DNA of 58,046 nt from Myxococcales bacterium (GTDB lineage Bacteria > Myxococcota > Myxococcia > Myxococcales > 40CM-4-68-19). The stretch spans positions 1-58,046 of the forward strand of contig JBJMQD010000036.1 of assembly GCA_045802855.1 (NCBI GenBank). Reading direction: 5' to 3'. The notes beneath the pieces are model-generated. The model was not told where the DNA came from, did no database searches, and saw only the letters and a list, made by a program, of their open reading frames with translations. Shown piece by piece: positions 56,608 to 58,046 of this stretch; the stretch's first letter is position 1, and the number at the start of each line of letters is the position of its first letter. The position numbers and the translations under genes are program-made.

Positions 56608-57354
56608 ATGGGATTTCTCGACAAGCTCGGAATCGGCGGGACCAGGGAGGAGCGCGAGGAGCGCGGGGTCAAGAAGCTCCTGAAGAAAGCGACCGAGAAG
56701 TTCGGGCCGGTGGAAAACCGGCAAGGAGCCATCGAGGAGCTGGGGAAGATGCGCTCGCCCCGGGCGGTCGAGGCGCTTCTCATGCGCTACACCATCCGGA
56801 TCGATCCCGGCATCACCGACGACGAGGAGAAGCAGCGCGTCCTCGCCCTCATCCGCGAGGCGGGACCGGCCATCGCCGCCGGGCCGGTGAAGGCGTTCAT
56901 CCTCTCCCGCGACGAGATCTCCTGGCCGCTCAAGGCGCTCTCGGATCTATTGCCGCAGGAGGAGGTGCTGCGGTTCCTCATCGAGGTGCTTCGCAAGACT
57001 GGCAGCGAGTACAGCCGCGTGCCGGAGAAGAAGGTGCTGCTCCTTCGCGCCGCCGCCGCCCATGCCTCGCCCGACCTCGTGCCCGTCCTCCTGCCCTTCC
57101 TCGACGACATGGAGGACGAGGTGCAGATCGCCGCCGCCCACGCGCTCGCGGCCCAGACCGACGAGCGCGCCCGCGAGCCTCTCTTGCACCGCTTCCTCGC
57201 CGCCCACGAAGCCTCGAACGCCCGGGTACGCGAGGCGCTCGCGGGGCTGCTCGCGGACACCGGCTTCGACGTGAAGGGCTACACGCCGAAGGTCGAGGCG
57301 GCGCTTCCGGCGGCGTACAAGCTCGACTCGAAGGGCCGCGTCGTCCGCAAGTGA
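56608..57354 (+). CDS. HEAT-repeat protein
   Basis: 248 aa and helical, with HEAT/PBS-lyase-like repeats (RQGAIEELGKMRSPRAVEALL, VQIAAAHALAAQTDERAREPLL). It begins 6 nt after the J-protein gene. Confidence 0.6.
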   Translation: MGFLDKLGIGGTREEREERGVKKLLKKATEKFGPVENRQGAIEELGKMRSPRAVEALLMRYTIRIDPGITDDEEKQRVLALIREAGPAIAAGPVKAFILSRDEISWPLKALSDLLPQEEVLRFLIEVLRKTGSEYSRVPEKKVLLLRAAAAHASPDLVPVLLPFLDDMEDEVQIAAAHALAAQTDERAREPLLHRFLAAHEASNARVREALAGLLADTGFDVKGYTPKVEAALPAAYKLDSKGRVVRK

Positions 57355-57358
57355 CGGC

Positions 57359-57973
57359 TCAGCGAAGCCGCTTCTGCACCGCGCCCGCCACCATCTCGAT
57401 GGCGATGTCGTTGAGGCCGCCGTGCGGGATGATGATGTCGGCGTAACGCTTCGACGGCTCGACGAAACCGAAGTGCATCGGACGCACGGTGCGGAAGTAC
57501 TGTTCGACCACGCCGTCGAAGTCGCGGCCCCGCTCCTTGATGTCCCGCGAGACCCGGCGCAGCACCCGCACGTCGGCGTCGGAATCGACGAACACCTTCA
57601 CGTCGAGGAGCTCGCGGACCGGCTCGAGGGCGAGGACCAGGATGCCCTCCAGGATGACGACGTCGCCCGGATTGACCCGCAGCGTCTCGCCGGTGCGGGT
57701 GTGCTGCGTGAACGAGTAGACCGGCTTCTCGATCGGGTTCCCTGCCCGAAGCTCGGTGAGATGGCGGACGAGAAGCGCCGTGTCGAACGCGTCCGGATGA
57801 TCGAAATTGAACCGGGCGCGCTCCTCCAGGGGCAGGTCGGCGAGATCGCGATAGTACGAATCCTGATCGAGCACCGCGACGGGATGGTTGCCGAGGCGCT
57901 CGACCAGCCGGCGCGCCACGGTGGTCTTGCCGCTTGCGGTGCCGCCGGCGATGCCGATGGTGAGCGGCTGCAC
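57359..57973 (-). CDS. udk: Uridine kinase
   Basis: P-loop IGIAGGTASGKTT, plus FNFDHPDAFD, ILEGI and RRVSRDI motifs. 204 aa. Confidence 0.9.
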   Translation of the reverse strand: MQPLTIGIAGGTASGKTTVARRLVERLGNHPVAVLDQDSYYRDLADLPLEERARFNFDHPDAFDTALLVRHLTELRAGNPIEKPVYSFTQHTRTGETLRVNPGDVVILEGILVLALEPVRELLDVKVFVDSDADVRVLRRVSRDIKERGRDFDGVVEQYFRTVRPMHFGFVEPSKRYADIIIPHGGLNDIAIEMVAGAVQKRLR

Positions 57974-58046
57974 TTCGTCCTGCTACACCGGGGCCGCAGG
58001 CGCGGCAAGCGCTTGCGCCCGTCGATCCGGCTCTGCGAGGATGCGA

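Overview
This is a high-GC (about 70%), strongly GC3-biased bacterial chromosomal segment, densely packed with about 56 protein-coding genes. I saw no rRNA, tRNA, CRISPR array, transposase or integrase. Most genes are housekeeping.

Gene content, in window order:
- coaX, birA, nadC, valS
- an orphan groEL
- plsB and a class I aldolase
- queD, then thiS-thiG-thiE
- recO
- folE2, a PhzF-like gene and queE
- an M61 peptidase and an SLT lytic transglycosylase
- phasin-like genes and ppk1
- pyrD
- a complete translationally coupled operon hisZ-G-D-C-(HAD)-B-H-A-F-IE
- rimI, a CbpA-like J-protein and udk

The gene content and style suggest a Myxococcota-like organism, for example Anaeromyxobacter-like. 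Supporting features are a RomR-like receiver/Pro-rich regulator, many TPR and HEAT proteins, multi-receiver signalling proteins and Lys/Ala-rich tails. This taxonomic call is inference only.

Loci I consider most worth follow-up:
1. A four-gene phosphorelay operon at 19920-24065. It encodes a 3xREC protein, a single REC, a soluble GAF-PAS kinase with a Cys4 insert, and an HPt domain fused to a LOG/TIGR00725 (SLOG) Rossmann domain. No conventional output domain is present.
2. A membrane-lipid module at 35490-42905. It encodes a CDP-alcohol phosphatidyltransferase::GtrA::unknown beta-domain fusion, a class III aminotransferase, an MMPL/HpnN-like transporter and an Aur1/SMS-like PAP2 transferase.
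3. A valS gene carrying a 260-aa acidic-then-basic C-terminal tail.
4. A PhzF-family gene stop/start-coupled between queE and folE2, with a 60-nt tandem repeat forming the folE2 tail.
5. An internally duplicated Cys-rich protein of unknown function next to a GT2 gene and the only AT-rich patch in the window.

All functional calls rest on motifs I could read in the translated ORFs. No database search was run.
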